DNA of 64,000 nt, taken from NCBI GenBank assembly GCA_965267575.1, contig OZ254086.1, positions 4,192,001-4,256,000 on the forward strand. Reading direction: 5' to 3'. The notes beneath the pieces were generated by a model. It did not search any database, was not told where the DNA came from, and was given only the letters and a program-made list of their open reading frames with translations. Numbering within the stretch: position 1 is the first letter of the stretch; the number at the start of each line of letters is the position of its first letter. Origin of the DNA: Calditrichales bacterium. Lineage in GTDB: Bacteria; Calditrichota; Calditrichia; Calditrichales; J004. Positions 39,413 through 49,718 of the stretch are shown here, piece after piece. The translations under genes were made by a program, and so were the position numbers.

Positions 39413-42400
39413 CTAATTGAGATTTATATTTACAGGCAGGCTGAAATAGAAGGTACTTCCCTGGCCCGGCGTGCTCTCCAGCCAGACTTTTCCGTTATGC
39501 AGCGAAACAATTTCTTTGCAAATGGCCAGCCCCAGGCCCGTGCCTTTGAGCGAAGCGTCTTTGCCGGCTTCGGTTTGCTCATATTTGCTGAACACCTTGG
39601 CCTGCTCTTCTTCGCTGATGCCGACGCCGCTGTCTTTTACCCAAATCTGCACCTCCTGGCGCGACTTGCCACTTAGTGCCTGGCGTTGCTCAAGCAGCTT
39701 GCTTCCCACCTCGATGCGGCCATCGTTGTTGGTAAATTTGAGGGCATTGCTGAGATAATTGGTCAGCACCTGTTCGATGCGCATTTTATCAAAGGCCATC
39801 AGCGGCACTTTTTCATCGAGACTGATTTCCATGGAGATATTCTTTTTACGCGCCAAAACCAGGTGGTTTTCAAAAACGGACTCGATAAGCGTGTTCAGGG
39901 CGTTCACTTCCGGATTAACTTTGAACTGTCCCACCTCCAGTTTGGAAGCTATGAGGAAGTTATCCACCAGCTTCAGCACTTTGTAGCAGTTTTCCTTGGC
40001 GATGGTCAGCAGCTCTTCCTGCTCACTGCTTATTTCGCCCACAACTTTGTTGCGCACAATTTCTATATAACCCTGGATAATGTTCAGCGGGCTCCGCAAA
40101 TCGTGCACCACCATGGAATTGAAATCCGACTTCAACCTTTCGATACGCCTTTGCGGACGCATGTCGGACAGCACGGCAACAAAGCCTTTGTCGAAAGCCT
40201 GTTCCTGCGTGGCAGTCAGGTAAATTTTAAACGGAATGTATTCATTGTCACTGGCCATCACTTCGATTTCCAGGCCGTTCTCGAAGCGGGCGCGTTCTTT
40301 TTCGCTAACTTCTTCAGCAGGAGCCGACACCATCAGGATGTATTTTTCAAGATCATTGCGGTATTTGCTACCCGTAAGATTGAAAAGATTGTTTCCCAGC
40401 AATGCTTCCGTATCACTGTAACGCGTCATGCCGGCGAAACTGGAGTTGCAGTAAACGATGTCGCCATCGAGACGACAGGTAAGCAGGCCCATTGTCATAG
40501 TTTCGGCCAGCGCGCGGTAGCGGTTTTCGGAATGCTTCAGGTTTTCATACAATGAGGCGTTTTCAAGCGCCACGGCCGCCTGGTTTGCAAAGTATTCAAG
40601 ACTACGCACTTTATCTTCATTTGGCCGGATGCGGTCTACCGGATCATTAACGGAAATGACGCCCAATTCTTTGCCACGGCTGCGGATCGGCACAAACAGC
40701 CAGTCGCGGTCACTCCACTCTTTTCCGATAAGGGCACGGAATTGTTCAACGTCGTCTTCATCAATGCGTGTCTTTACATATTTATGATCCAGAAAATAGG
40801 AATTGCTGATCCGGAAGCTGCGCTCTTTCATCTGCTGGTACATCGTATTGGGGTAGCGCGCTTCAATTTTTTCAAAAACGGTGTCGCGGATACCCAGGTA
40901 GCAGACGTTGGTAAAGGTATCCGAATAGCTGTCTTTGCGATCCAGCAAAACAATATTCCAGCCCAGTGTGCGGCGTATTGCGGTGGCAATCTTGGGCAGC
41001 AGCTCATTGATGTGGCTTTCGAGCGTCAGGTCTTTGCCCAGCTCAAAAACACGATCCAGCTGTTTAACCGTTTGATGGGCCTGCTTGACCAGCCTGCTTT
41101 CCATCAGCACGTCCGATGCCTTACGCACCAGTTCCCTCGCTTCATTCAGCAATGCGTTGGAGAATCGCTTCATTCCGCTTTCGTTCGCGGCAAGCAGGTA
41201 ACCTTTTATTTCATTGCCCACCTTTACCTCAAACAAAACCACCGTATCATATTGCCCACCGGCAAGCTGGGCCATGGCCATCAGGTCATCAAACTCACCG
41301 TCACCATCGTTGTAAACGGCATGGCTTTTACGGCTTTTGCGAAATGATTCAAAAGTAGTGTAATCACGGGCCATCAACACCGGCGGTTTGTCATCCTCAA
41401 ACAGGTTCAGGTCGGTATCGCCCTGGAAGCAGTATTGCGGGTAGAGAAAATGGAAACCGCTGTTGTAGTTAAAATAGATACAGGTATCCGTACCCAGTTT
41501 GCGCTTTACCTGGCGTGTCAGGAATTCGTAAATGTCGTCGTCATTATAACGCTGAATCAGATCACTGATTTCAGGTTTACGTTGTTCGGGCTCGTTTTCG
41601 GCGGACCATAATTTGCGCAGCTCAAAAATGCGCTGGGCAGCCGAATTGGCCAAAATAGAAAGATGCCGCAAATCTGTTTTGGAGGGCGCTTTATCTAGGT
41701 CGCAGCCAATAAGAATTACGCCCAGTGTCTTTTTGCCGGCGTTCATCGGCACGCGGAAATAGATTTCCGCATCCAAGCCAGCAGATTTGAAAAATTCCAA
41801 CTGCTTTTTACCGGAAACCGCTTCCGACCTGGCCGCTCCGCTTAACAACTCTTTCCAGCGCGGATCCTTCAAAATGGCTGCGGTTTTTTCTTTATACTCG
41901 CCGCCTTCAGAAATAAGTGACTTATAGTCAAAAGAATTTGTCCGCGCGTTAAATATCAGCTGTACCGCAAAATTGAAATTATAATCGTTTAAAATAAAAT
42001 CATCGATCAGTTCACTGAGGCGGTTGGCATCATTCAGGATGGCAATATTGTATTGTAATTCGGAAATATCCTGGATGCGCCGGATGGCTTTTTCCAGGCG
42101 GTTTCTTCTGCGGATGTTGTTGAGATGAAAGCGTATGCGAATGCGCAGTTCGGCCAGCTCGGGATCGTCCGAAACAATATCGCTTATACCGTTTTGCTCC
42201 AGCTTGATGCGGTCGTAAAGCTCGATGTCGCGGATCATCGCAATCACAGGCGTATCATGAAAGTCCTTCGACGTTCTGATATCACGGATCATCTTTTTAG
42301 CGTCGGCGGTGAGCGCTTCGCCCCACAGGATCAGGTCCGGATGCATGCCCATCGCCTGGCTGTAGGCATCATTGATGGTTTTGGCAACTATAACGGAGAA

Positions 42401-42487
42401 ATCCAACTCACGCAGGTATTTTTCGATTTTCTTGCGCACCAGGTCGTTTTTGTGCAGGAGCAGAACAGTATCTTTATGATTCATCAT
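39413..42487 (-). CDS. Cytoplasmic multi-sensor histidine kinase (pseudo-REC, GAFs, PAS, HisKA, HATPase)
   Basis: HDLRSPL, NYLSNALKF, DSGVGI, GTGLGLAI; GAF exit motif QAAVALENA; no TM segments seen. Confidence 0.9.
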   Translation of the reverse strand: MMNHKDTVLLLHKNDLVRKKIEKYLRELDFSVIVAKTINDAYSQAMGMHPDLILWGEALTADAKKMIRDIRTSKDFHDTPVIAMIRDIELYDRIKLEQNGISDIVSDDPELAELRIRIRFHLNNIRRRNRLEKAIRRIQDISELQYNIAILNDANRLSELIDDFILNDYNFNFAVQLIFNARTNSFDYKSLISEGGEYKEKTAAILKDPRWKELLSGAARSEAVSGKKQLEFFKSAGLDAEIYFRVPMNAGKKTLGVILIGCDLDKAPSKTDLRHLSILANSAAQRIFELRKLWSAENEPEQRKPEISDLIQRYNDDDIYEFLTRQVKRKLGTDTCIYFNYNSGFHFLYPQYCFQGDTDLNLFEDDKPPVLMARDYTTFESFRKSRKSHAVYNDGDGEFDDLMAMAQLAGGQYDTVVLFEVKVGNEIKGYLLAANESGMKRFSNALLNEARELVRKASDVLMESRLVKQAHQTVKQLDRVFELGKDLTLESHINELLPKIATAIRRTLGWNIVLLDRKDSYSDTFTNVCYLGIRDTVFEKIEARYPNTMYQQMKERSFRISNSYFLDHKYVKTRIDEDDVEQFRALIGKEWSDRDWLFVPIRSRGKELGVISVNDPVDRIRPNEDKVRSLEYFANQAAVALENASLYENLKHSENRYRALAETMTMGLLTCRLDGDIVYCNSSFAGMTRYSDTEALLGNNLFNLTGSKYRNDLEKYILMVSAPAEEVSEKERARFENGLEIEVMASDNEYIPFKIYLTATQEQAFDKGFVAVLSDMRPQRRIERLKSDFNSMVVHDLRSPLNIIQGYIEIVRNKVVGEISSEQEELLTIAKENCYKVLKLVDNFLIASKLEVGQFKVNPEVNALNTLIESVFENHLVLARKKNISMEISLDEKVPLMAFDKMRIEQVLTNYLSNALKFTNNDGRIEVGSKLLEQRQALSGKSRQEVQIWVKDSGVGISEEEQAKVFSKYEQTEAGKDASLKGTGLGLAICKEIVSLHNGKVWLESTPGQGSTFYFSLPVNINLN

Positions 42488-42488
42488 T

Positions 42489-43262
42489 TTATTTAGCGTG
42501 ATTTTTATTGTAGATAAGCACTATGCCTTCCAGGCTTAAAAATGGATCCACTTTTTCAATAACGGGACAATAAGGCGCTACCATCTGCGCCAATCCGCCG
42601 GTGGCCACTACCCGCACTTCCTGCCCCATTTCCTGCCGTATATCGGCAATTAGCCCCTCAATCATATGGATAAGACCGCGCATAATGCCCACCTGGATGC
42701 TTTCCTCCGTCGTCTTGCCAACCACGTGATCGGGGATCGCCAGATCCACGCGTGGCAGCTTGGCCGCTCTGCGATGTAATGTGCTGATCGACGTCTCGAT
42801 ACCGGGCGCAATGATTCCACCGGCATAATCGCCATTTGCGTCAATACAATCAAATGTAATCGCTGTACCAAAGTCAAGAATAATAAGCGGTTTCCCGTAC
42901 TTTTGTACCCCGGCGACCGCATTGCACAAACGGTCGGCGCCAACCGCGTCGGGATTGGTATACTTGATCGCCATATCCAGTTTGAGCCCGGAAGTAACAA
43001 CCATAGCCGTTTTTTGCAGATACTTCTGACTCATCCATTCCCAGGCCTTAAGCAAATCGGGCACCACGGAAGAAATGGCCACGCCAGCAATATCTTTTGC
43101 ACTGTAGCCGGAACCCCCAAAATAGCTGTTTACCAAAAGGCCGATCTCGTCTTCCGTGCGCGCCAGGGATGACGTAATGCGCCAATGGTGTTTGACCTCC
43201 AGTCCATCCATTATGCCAATAACCGTATGCGTATTTCCGATATCCACAACCAGAAGCATCAA
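42489..43262 (-). CDS. coaX: Type III pantothenate kinase
   Basis: DIGNT, VGADR, DFGTA, ATGG. Confidence 0.95.
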   Translation of the reverse strand: MMLLVVDIGNTHTVIGIMDGLEVKHHWRITSSLARTEDEIGLLVNSYFGGSGYSAKDIAGVAISSVVPDLLKAWEWMSQKYLQKTAMVVTSGLKLDMAIKYTNPDAVGADRLCNAVAGVQKYGKPLIILDFGTAITFDCIDANGDYAGGIIAPGIETSISTLHRRAAKLPRVDLAIPDHVVGKTTEESIQVGIMRGLIHMIEGLIADIRQEMGQEVRVVATGGLAQMVAPYCPVIEKVDPFLSLEGIVLIYNKNHAK

Positions 43263-44056
43263 TAATAATCCTCTATTTCACCGCTGATCAGTGTTTTTTT
43301 GTCGCCGTTTGCCGTTTCATAAATCAAAAATCCGCGTGCGTCAATGCCGTAAAAAAGGCCACCCTCCGTCCCCCGCGCTGTTTTGAAAGAAAGTTCGCGG
43401 TTCTTATGATCACAGGCGGAAAGCCATAACTCATTTACGCTTTCAAAGTTCTCCCGCCGCCATTGCATGTAACAGGATTCAAAATTTTCAATAAGCTTTG
43501 CAGCGATTGTTTTTAACTCCAGGTCCGTGCCGCAGATATCTCTCAGGCTTGTTGCTTTACGAGCCAGTTCATCCGGCATTTCAGACCGACGCCAGTTTAC
43601 ATTCAGGCCGAATCCGCAAACCAGTGCTTCCGTGCTGCGTTCGCGGCTGATGCTTTCCACGAGAATTCCAGCCACTTTGCGCCGCTCATACACCAGGTCG
43701 TTGGGCCATTTGAGCTTTAAGCCTTGCAGGGCAGCAGCATATTCCGGGAAGGCGGATATTATGCTCTGTCTTAAAATCCAGGCGCTTCCCAGCGTCATTT
43801 TCAATGAATCGATCAGCTCAATCTGCGGGCGGCACAAAATGCTCAGCGATAAATTCTTTCCCGGCGGAGCCTGCCATGTCCGGCCCAGCCGACCTTTGCC
43901 CTTCTCCTGGAAAGCGCTCCAGACAACTATACCTTCGTCAGCACCGGCCCTCGCCAACCCGAGCGCCTCATCATTGGTCGAGCCGATCGTTTCGTAGTAT
44001 TTCAGTTTATCAGCTTTGCCAAAAACGCGCGTATCTAATGCGGTCAGCATCATCAA
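43259..44056 (-). CDS. birA: Biotin-protein ligase without N-terminal HTH (group I)
   Basis: STN, Q..GKGRLGRTW, KWPND, KVAGILVE. Confidence 0.93.
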   Translation of the reverse strand: MMMLTALDTRVFGKADKLKYYETIGSTNDEALGLARAGADEGIVVWSAFQEKGKGRLGRTWQAPPGKNLSLSILCRPQIELIDSLKMTLGSAWILRQSIISAFPEYAAALQGLKLKWPNDLVYERRKVAGILVESISRERSTEALVCGFGLNVNWRRSEMPDELARKATSLRDICGTDLELKTIAAKLIENFESCYMQWRRENFESVNELWLSACDHKNRELSFKTARGTEGGLFYGIDARGFLIYETANGDKKTLISGEIEDYY

Positions 44057-44074
44057 ATTATGCAGAACCTTTCT

Positions 44075-44638
44075 TTACAAAAGCTCCCAGGAAATGCGTT
44101 GTCCTTCCCGGATAGCGTAACGGTCCGTGAAACCGGCCCGCACTTCAACAACAAACTGCGCCGGAGCCGTGCTGGAATAAAGCCGCTCCGAATATGGCAC
44201 CGTCTCTTTCTGTATCGTAATAATCTTATAGGCCGCGTTTACAAAAATAATGTCCAGCGAGACGGACGTATTTTTCATCCAGAAATGACGAATATCCTCA
44301 TCGGGATAAATAAAAAGCATACCCTGGTTTTCCGGAATATCCTCGCGGAACATCAGCCCCTTAGTCTGCTCGTAATTGGTCTGCGCCACCTCGACAATAA
44401 TTTTGACGTTCTGCCTGTTTTCGTCGTCAAAAAAAGTAACCAAACCGAGCTGAGCAGGGCCGCTACCCGTTTTGTTTACCTCATCCTGGATTTCTATGGC
44501 CCGGTCAACGCTGAATTGGTAAAAGAGCATCAAACCAATGACAACGACAATAACTACAAGTAAATCGATTACGGTTAGGCGGCGGGATTTGCGTGCGCTT
44601 TTTTTTGGATCGGATCCTGCTTTTCGGAAATCGCTCAT
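44075..44638 (-). CDS. DUF192-domain protein with N-terminal TM anchor
   Basis: GLMFR, GMLF, FWMKNT..LDIIF, VVEV.AG. Confidence 0.9.
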   Translation of the reverse strand: MSDFRKAGSDPKKSARKSRRLTVIDLLVVIVVVIGLMLFYQFSVDRAIEIQDEVNKTGSGPAQLGLVTFFDDENRQNVKIIVEVAQTNYEQTKGLMFREDIPENQGMLFIYPDEDIRHFWMKNTSVSLDIIFVNAAYKIITIQKETVPYSERLYSSTAPAQFVVEVRAGFTDRYAIREGQRISWELL

Positions 44639-44654
44639 TGCGTGTTTTTTATAA

Positions 44655-45617
44655 TTATACAGACCATTTCAATCTACCTGTTTGCAAAAAACTTTGCAAC
44701 TGTTCAACCGTTTGAGAAGCCTTGCGCGGAACCGCTTCGCGGGTGTTGAAACTGTTGTGCGGTGTAAGGATCACTTCGTCTTTTCCGGCCAGGTCCAGCG
44801 TTGCTTTTACCTGCGGATCAGTGCTTGCTTTTCCTGAGCGCAGGCTTGTCGCCAGCTCGCTTTCGCGATCATACACATCGAGCGCCATCGCCGAGAGTCT
44901 TCCGCTCTCCAGGGCCGTCAGCAAATCCGTGGAAGGCGACATTTCGCCGCGTGCTGTATTTATAAAAACCTGCCCCGGTTTGTTCTTCTTAAAAAGGCCC
45001 ATATTGAAATAGCCACGGTTTTGGGCTGTAAGATTCATATTGCAGGAAACAACGTCTGCCCGGGCCATGCCTTCCTCGATTGAGACATACTCCACATCTT
45101 CATGGCGTTCACGAATATCCACGCCAAGAACTTTCATGCCCAGCGCCCCGCACATCCGGTAGAGCTCATAGCCTATATTGCCCACGCCGACAATCAGCAG
45201 CGTTTTGTTTTGCAGTTCCATGCCCGTCAAGCCATCGCGTTTAAAAGAGGCGAATTGCGCCGCTTGCTGCGGCAGCTTGCGATAAAGCGCCAGCATGAGC
45301 AAAAGACACTGCTCGGCCACGGCCCGGTGGCAATAACGCGGTAGATAACCAAGGGCCGTTTCGCTATCGGTTTTTTCACGGTATTTAAGAAGATGATCGT
45401 AACCGGTGCTGCGCGAAATTATGGCCTCAAGCTCCGGCGCCCACGCTTCCGGCAAGGCACTTTGCGTACGCGTGGAAATGATCCTCGCCGGCGGCTCCTT
45501 GTGCCCCGTTTCCTGAATTGTCTGCCAGCTAAAACCGGCCTTTATATCGCCGCCCAGCGCCTGGCGCAGTGCTTTTTCCTCTTCTTCAAAGGCTTCGTAA
45601 AAGAATACGGTGTACAT
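44655..45617 (-). CDS. D-isomer-specific 2-hydroxyacid dehydrogenase
   Basis: RSTGYDH, GVGNIG, INTARG, LDV, TPH. Confidence 0.9.
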   Translation of the reverse strand: MYTVFFYEAFEEEEKALRQALGGDIKAGFSWQTIQETGHKEPPARIISTRTQSALPEAWAPELEAIISRSTGYDHLLKYREKTDSETALGYLPRYCHRAVAEQCLLLMLALYRKLPQQAAQFASFKRDGLTGMELQNKTLLIVGVGNIGYELYRMCGALGMKVLGVDIRERHEDVEYVSIEEGMARADVVSCNMNLTAQNRGYFNMGLFKKNKPGQVFINTARGEMSPSTDLLTALESGRLSAMALDVYDRESELATSLRSGKASTDPQVKATLDLAGKDEVILTPHNSFNTREAVPRKASQTVEQLQSFLQTGRLKWSV

Positions 45618-45625
45618 GTTTTGAT

Positions 45626-45731
45626 CGTGTTAGTGTGTTTGTGTGTTAAAGTTCTTTTTCATACGCATTATCTTAATCATTCTCAAAAAATGTCCGGGAG
45701 TCCTGGAGTCTCGACGTCTTGAGGTCATTAC
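45626..45731. repeat. Degenerate 8-mer tandem arrays, intergenic
   Basis: cgtgttag/tgtgtttg/tgtgttaa (45626-45649) and gtccggga/gtcctgga/gtctcgac/gtcttgag/gtcattac (45692-45731). Confidence 0.55.
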
Positions 45732-45763
45732 CAAATTCAGATCTTTCGTTCTTAATTTTGTGT

Positions 45764-46750
45764 TCATTTAGTACCAAAAATTTTTTCCAATATGGTCTGC
45801 GCTGCCGTCGTGGGATTTATCTTTTTGGCATGCAATTTTTGTTTCATTATTTTAATCTCTTCGGCAACACCCGGTCTGGATAGAATTTTCTTGCGCAGCT
45901 GTTCTTCAACCAGTTCCAGCATCCATTGCTCGGCCTGCTCTTCACGCCGTTTACCAAAATATCCTTGTTCTTCCACGTGGCCGCGATAATCCAGCACTGT
46001 TTGCCACAGCTCCGCGATGCCTTCACCTTTCATGGCCGAGCATGTCTGTACCGGCGTTTCCCAGCCGGGCGTTGCAGGACTAAGATAGTGCAGCGCCAGC
46101 CGTAGATCGCGCCGGGCGGCGATGGCTTTTTCGCGGTTATCGCCATCGGCTTTGTTTACCAGCACCAGGTCGGCCAGCTCCATAACGCCCTTTTTTATAC
46201 CTTGCAGCTCATCGCCCGCACCGGCAATCTGGATAAGTACAAAAAAATCAACCATGCCGCGAACAGTGATTTCACCCTGCCCGACACCCATGGTTTCAAC
46301 CAGGATCACGTCAAAACCGGCCGCTTCACAAAGCAAAATCGTTTCACGGGTTTTTCGCGCCACGCCACCCAGCGCGCCCCCGGAAGGCGAAGGCCGGATA
46401 AACGCTTCATCACGCCGGGATAACTGCTCCATGCGTGTTTTGTCGCCAAGAATGCTACCGCGGCTGCGGCTGCTGGACGGGTCCACGGCAAGAACCGCAA
46501 CCTTATTCCCTTTTTCGATAATGTGCAGGCCAAGCGTTTCGATGAGCGTGCTTTTGCCCGCGCCGGGTACACCCGTTATGCCAATCCTGACGGAATTGCC
46601 TGTATGTGGCAGGACATTATTCAACAACTCCTGCGCCTGCTGAAAATGGTGCGGCGCGTTGGACTCGATAAGCGTTATAGCCCGGGCGAGAGTGATGCGA
46701 TCGCCGGACGTTATTTTTTTTAGAATTTCTTTGTTATTGGAGGTTGTCAC
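45764..46750 (-). CDS. meaB: Methylmalonyl-CoA mutase-associated GTPase
   Basis: GVPGAGKST, DPSS...GSILGDKTRM, ET.GVGQ, GDELQGIKKG, NKAD. Confidence 0.95.
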   Translation of the reverse strand: MTTSNNKEILKKITSGDRITLARAITLIESNAPHHFQQAQELLNNVLPHTGNSVRIGITGVPGAGKSTLIETLGLHIIEKGNKVAVLAVDPSSSRSRGSILGDKTRMEQLSRRDEAFIRPSPSGGALGGVARKTRETILLCEAAGFDVILVETMGVGQGEITVRGMVDFFVLIQIAGAGDELQGIKKGVMELADLVLVNKADGDNREKAIAARRDLRLALHYLSPATPGWETPVQTCSAMKGEGIAELWQTVLDYRGHVEEQGYFGKRREEQAEQWMLELVEEQLRKKILSRPGVAEEIKIMKQKLHAKKINPTTAAQTILEKIFGTK

Positions 46751-46794
46751 AGATGCTGCTCGGTTTCAGGCTTTTGCGGGTTTGGCGGAAAATC

Positions 46795-47373
46795 TTATTC
46801 TTCGAAAACGGCTTCCAGCTTAATTTCAAAACCTTTCACGACCGCGGATGTTATTTTGCCGCTTTTCTCCGAACGTTGGATTTGCTTGTAGGTATTGTCC
46901 TGCAGGCTGTATGTTTCAATCCAGCGGCGTTTGGGGTCAGCAATCCAATATTCGTTTACACCGAATTTGGCATATAATTCTTTTTTGTCAAACAGATCGC
47001 GGTAAGTGGTTGAAGGGGACAGGATTTCAATAATCAGGTCCGGGGCACCCTGGATATTTTTCTCGGTAATTATCTCCTTGTTTTCGCGGGAGATAAAAAT
47101 GATATCAGGCTGACAGATATTCAGATCACTAAGCACAACATCTAAAGGGGCAAAAAGTACAATGCCAAGATTCTCTCTTTCTACATACTCATCTAATTTT
47201 CTAAAAATAGATTTCACTACCTTTTGATGCATGACCTGCGGCGACGGCGACATGACAAGCTCCCCTTCGATAAGTTCGTAAGCTCCACTGTCCTCGGGGA
47301 GCTTCTGCCAATCCTCATAGGTAAATACTTTTTTTTGTGTTTTATGGGCGGCCATCGGATCGTTGACCTTCAT
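46795..47373 (-). CDS. Uma2-family (PD-(D/E)xK) endonuclease
   Basis: YELIEG, QPDI, GAPDLIIEILSPST, K..LY..FGV.EYWI.DP. Confidence 0.93.
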   Translation of the reverse strand: MKVNDPMAAHKTQKKVFTYEDWQKLPEDSGAYELIEGELVMSPSPQVMHQKVVKSIFRKLDEYVERENLGIVLFAPLDVVLSDLNICQPDIIFISRENKEIITEKNIQGAPDLIIEILSPSTTYRDLFDKKELYAKFGVNEYWIADPKRRWIETYSLQDNTYKQIQRSEKSGKITSAVVKGFEIKLEAVFEE

Positions 47374-47525
47374 AACTCACCTCGGTTGGTTATCACGTGC
47401 AATATAAGCTTAAACAGTCAACCTCTCCAAAAGTAAGGCTAAATGAATGTGGATTGATGAATTGGTACGGGAAGATCAACACAAAACCATGCTTCACGAC
47501 ATTCTTTTTCCCGGAGGAAAGCAGA

Positions 47526-47550
47526 AATTCGTAATTCTTAATTCGTAATT
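47526..47550. repeat. 7-mer tandem repeat (AATTCGT/AATTCTT) abutting mutase stop codon
   Basis: aattcgt aattctt aattcgt aatt. Confidence 0.7.
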
Positions 47551-49689
47551 TTACCCCTGCATCAGTTTATCAAGCACCATCTTCGCCGCATCAGGGATAA
47601 CGGTGCCCGGCCCAAAAATAGCCACAGCGCCATTCTTATAAAGATAGTCATAATCTTTCTGCGGAATTACGCCGCCGCACACCACTTTAATATCATCCCG
47701 GCCCAGGGCTTTTAAAGCGTCCACCAGCTTTGGTAACAGCGTCTTGTGCCCCGCCGCCAGCGAACTCATACCGATCACGTGCACGTCATTTTCAGCTGCC
47801 TGGCGCGCGGTCTCTTCCGGCGTCTGGAACAACGGCCCGATGTCCACATCAAACCCAAGATCGGCAAAGGCGGTAGCGATAACTTTGGCGCCACGGTCAT
47901 GCCCGTCCTGACCCATTTTAGCAATCATAATACGCGGACGGCGGCCTTCTTTTTGCTCAAAGGCATCGGTTAGCTCCTGCACTTCGCGCACCCGGCTTTC
48001 GTCGCCGTAGTTGCTGCTGTATACCCCGGAAACGGATTTTGTCATAGCTAGGTGCCTCCCGAATACTTTTTCCATGGCCTGGGATATTTCGCCCAGGCTG
48101 GCGCGCGCCCGTGCCGCTTCTACGGCGCGTTCCAGTAAATTGCCCTCACCGCTTTCGGCACAGGCTGTTAGCGCGTTTAAAGCCGATTGCGTTTTTGCCT
48201 CATCACGCTCTTCGCGCAGCTTCTGCAGCCTTTTAATCTGTGCTTCGCGTACAGCCGTGTTGTCCACCTCCAGTGTCTCCAGCGGCTCTTCTTTGTCCGG
48301 ACGGTAGCGGTTTATCCCGATGATCGGCTCTTCGCCGCTGTCAATACGTGCCTGGCGACGCGCGGCCGCTTCCTCAATGCGCAATTTGGGTAATCCGTTC
48401 TCGATGGCTTTGGCCATGCCGCCCATCTCTTCCACTTCACGAATGTGTTCCCAGGCTTTATTCATCAGTGCGCCGGTCAGGCTTTCCACGTAATAGCTGC
48501 CACCCCAGGGATCGATCACCTTGCACAGGTCGGTCTCCTCCTGCAGGTAAAGCTGCGTGTTGCGGGCTATCCGCGCCGAAAAATCGGTAGGCAGCGCTAT
48601 AGCTTCATCCAGAGAATTTGTGTGTAGTGATTGTGTATGTCCCGCGCCCGCGGCCATTGCCTCGATGCACGTTCTCACCACATTATTATAAGGATCCTGC
48701 TCGGTCAGGCTCCAGCCCGATGTCTGGCTGTGTGTCCGCAAAGCCATCGACTTTGGATTCTGCGGATTAAATGTTTTTACTATCTTTGACCACAGCAACC
48801 GGGCCGCGCGCATCTTGGCCACTTCCATAAAATAGTTCATCCCCACGGCCCAGAAAAACGAAAGCCGCGGCGCAAAAGCATCAACCTCCAATCCGGCTTT
48901 AATACCGCTGCGCAGATACTCCCAGCCGTCCGCCAGCGTATAGGCCATCTCAAGGTCGGCGGTGGCGCCGGCTTCCTGCATGTGATAGCCGGAAATGCTG
49001 ATGCTGTTAAACGCCGGCATGTGCTGCGCGGTAAAACGGAAAATATCACCGATGATGCGCATGGACGGTTCCGGTGGATAGATATAAGTATTGCGCACCA
49101 TGTACTCTTTCAGGATGTCGTTCTGGATGGTGCCGGCCAGCTTTTCCATGGGCACGCCCTGCTCTTCCGCGGTAACGATAAAAAAGGCCATCACCGGGAT
49201 CACGGCACCGTTCATGGTCATGGAAACGGAGATCTTGTCCAGCGGAATACCGTCAAATAAAATTTTCATATCAAGGATAGAATCAATGGCGACGCCGGCT
49301 TTGCCCACGTCACCGATCACACGCTCATGGTCGGAATCGTAACCGCGGTGCGTTGCCAGGTCGAAGGCCACGGACAAGCCGCGTTGACCGGCGGCCAGGT
49401 TGCGGCGGTAAAAGGCGTTGCTCTCCTCTGCGGTGGAAAACCCGGCGTACTGCCTGATTGTCCATGGCCGCATGATGTACATCGTAGCGTAAGGCCCGCG
49501 CAAAAACGGCGGTATTCCGGCCGTGTAATCAATATGCTGAAGCCCGTCCAGATCATCACGGTTGTAAACAGGCTTTACGCCGATTTGCTCGTACGTCTCC
49601 CATTTTTCTTTCGCCCCGCCGTCTTTGCCTCTTGGCCCCGAAACTGCGGGCTTTTCAAAAGCAATATTTTTAAAGTCTGGTCTTTTCAT
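47551..49689 (-). CDS. scpA: Methylmalonyl-CoA mutase, catalytic subunit
   Basis: [26 protein letters not shown]12-binding GQDGHDRG. Confidence 0.97.
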   Translation of the reverse strand: MKRPDFKNIAFEKPAVSGPRGKDGGAKEKWETYEQIGVKPVYNRDDLDGLQHIDYTAGIPPFLRGPYATMYIMRPWTIRQYAGFSTAEESNAFYRRNLAAGQRGLSVAFDLATHRGYDSDHERVIGDVGKAGVAIDSILDMKILFDGIPLDKISVSMTMNGAVIPVMAFFIVTAEEQGVPMEKLAGTIQNDILKEYMVRNTYIYPPEPSMRIIGDIFRFTAQHMPAFNSISISGYHMQEAGATADLEMAYTLADGWEYLRSGIKAGLEVDAFAPRLSFFWAVGMNYFMEVAKMRAARLLWSKIVKTFNPQNPKSMALRTHSQTSGWSLTEQDPYNNVVRTCIEAMAAGAGHTQSLHTNSLDEAIALPTDFSARIARNTQLYLQEETDLCKVIDPWGGSYYVESLTGALMNKAWEHIREVEEMGGMAKAIENGLPKLRIEEAAARRQARIDSGEEPIIGINRYRPDKEEPLETLEVDNTAVREAQIKRLQKLREERDEAKTQSALNALTACAESGEGNLLERAVEAARARASLGEISQAMEKVFGRHLAMTKSVSGVYSSNYGDESRVREVQELTDAFEQKEGRRPRIMIAKMGQDGHDRGAKVIATAFADLGFDVDIGPLFQTPEETARQAAENDVHVIGMSSLAAGHKTLLPKLVDALKALGRDDIKVVCGGVIPQKDYDYLYKNGAVAIFGPGTVIPDAAKMVLDKLMQG

Positions 49690-49718
49690 TTTATAATCTG
49701 TTCAGATTGTTTTAATGG

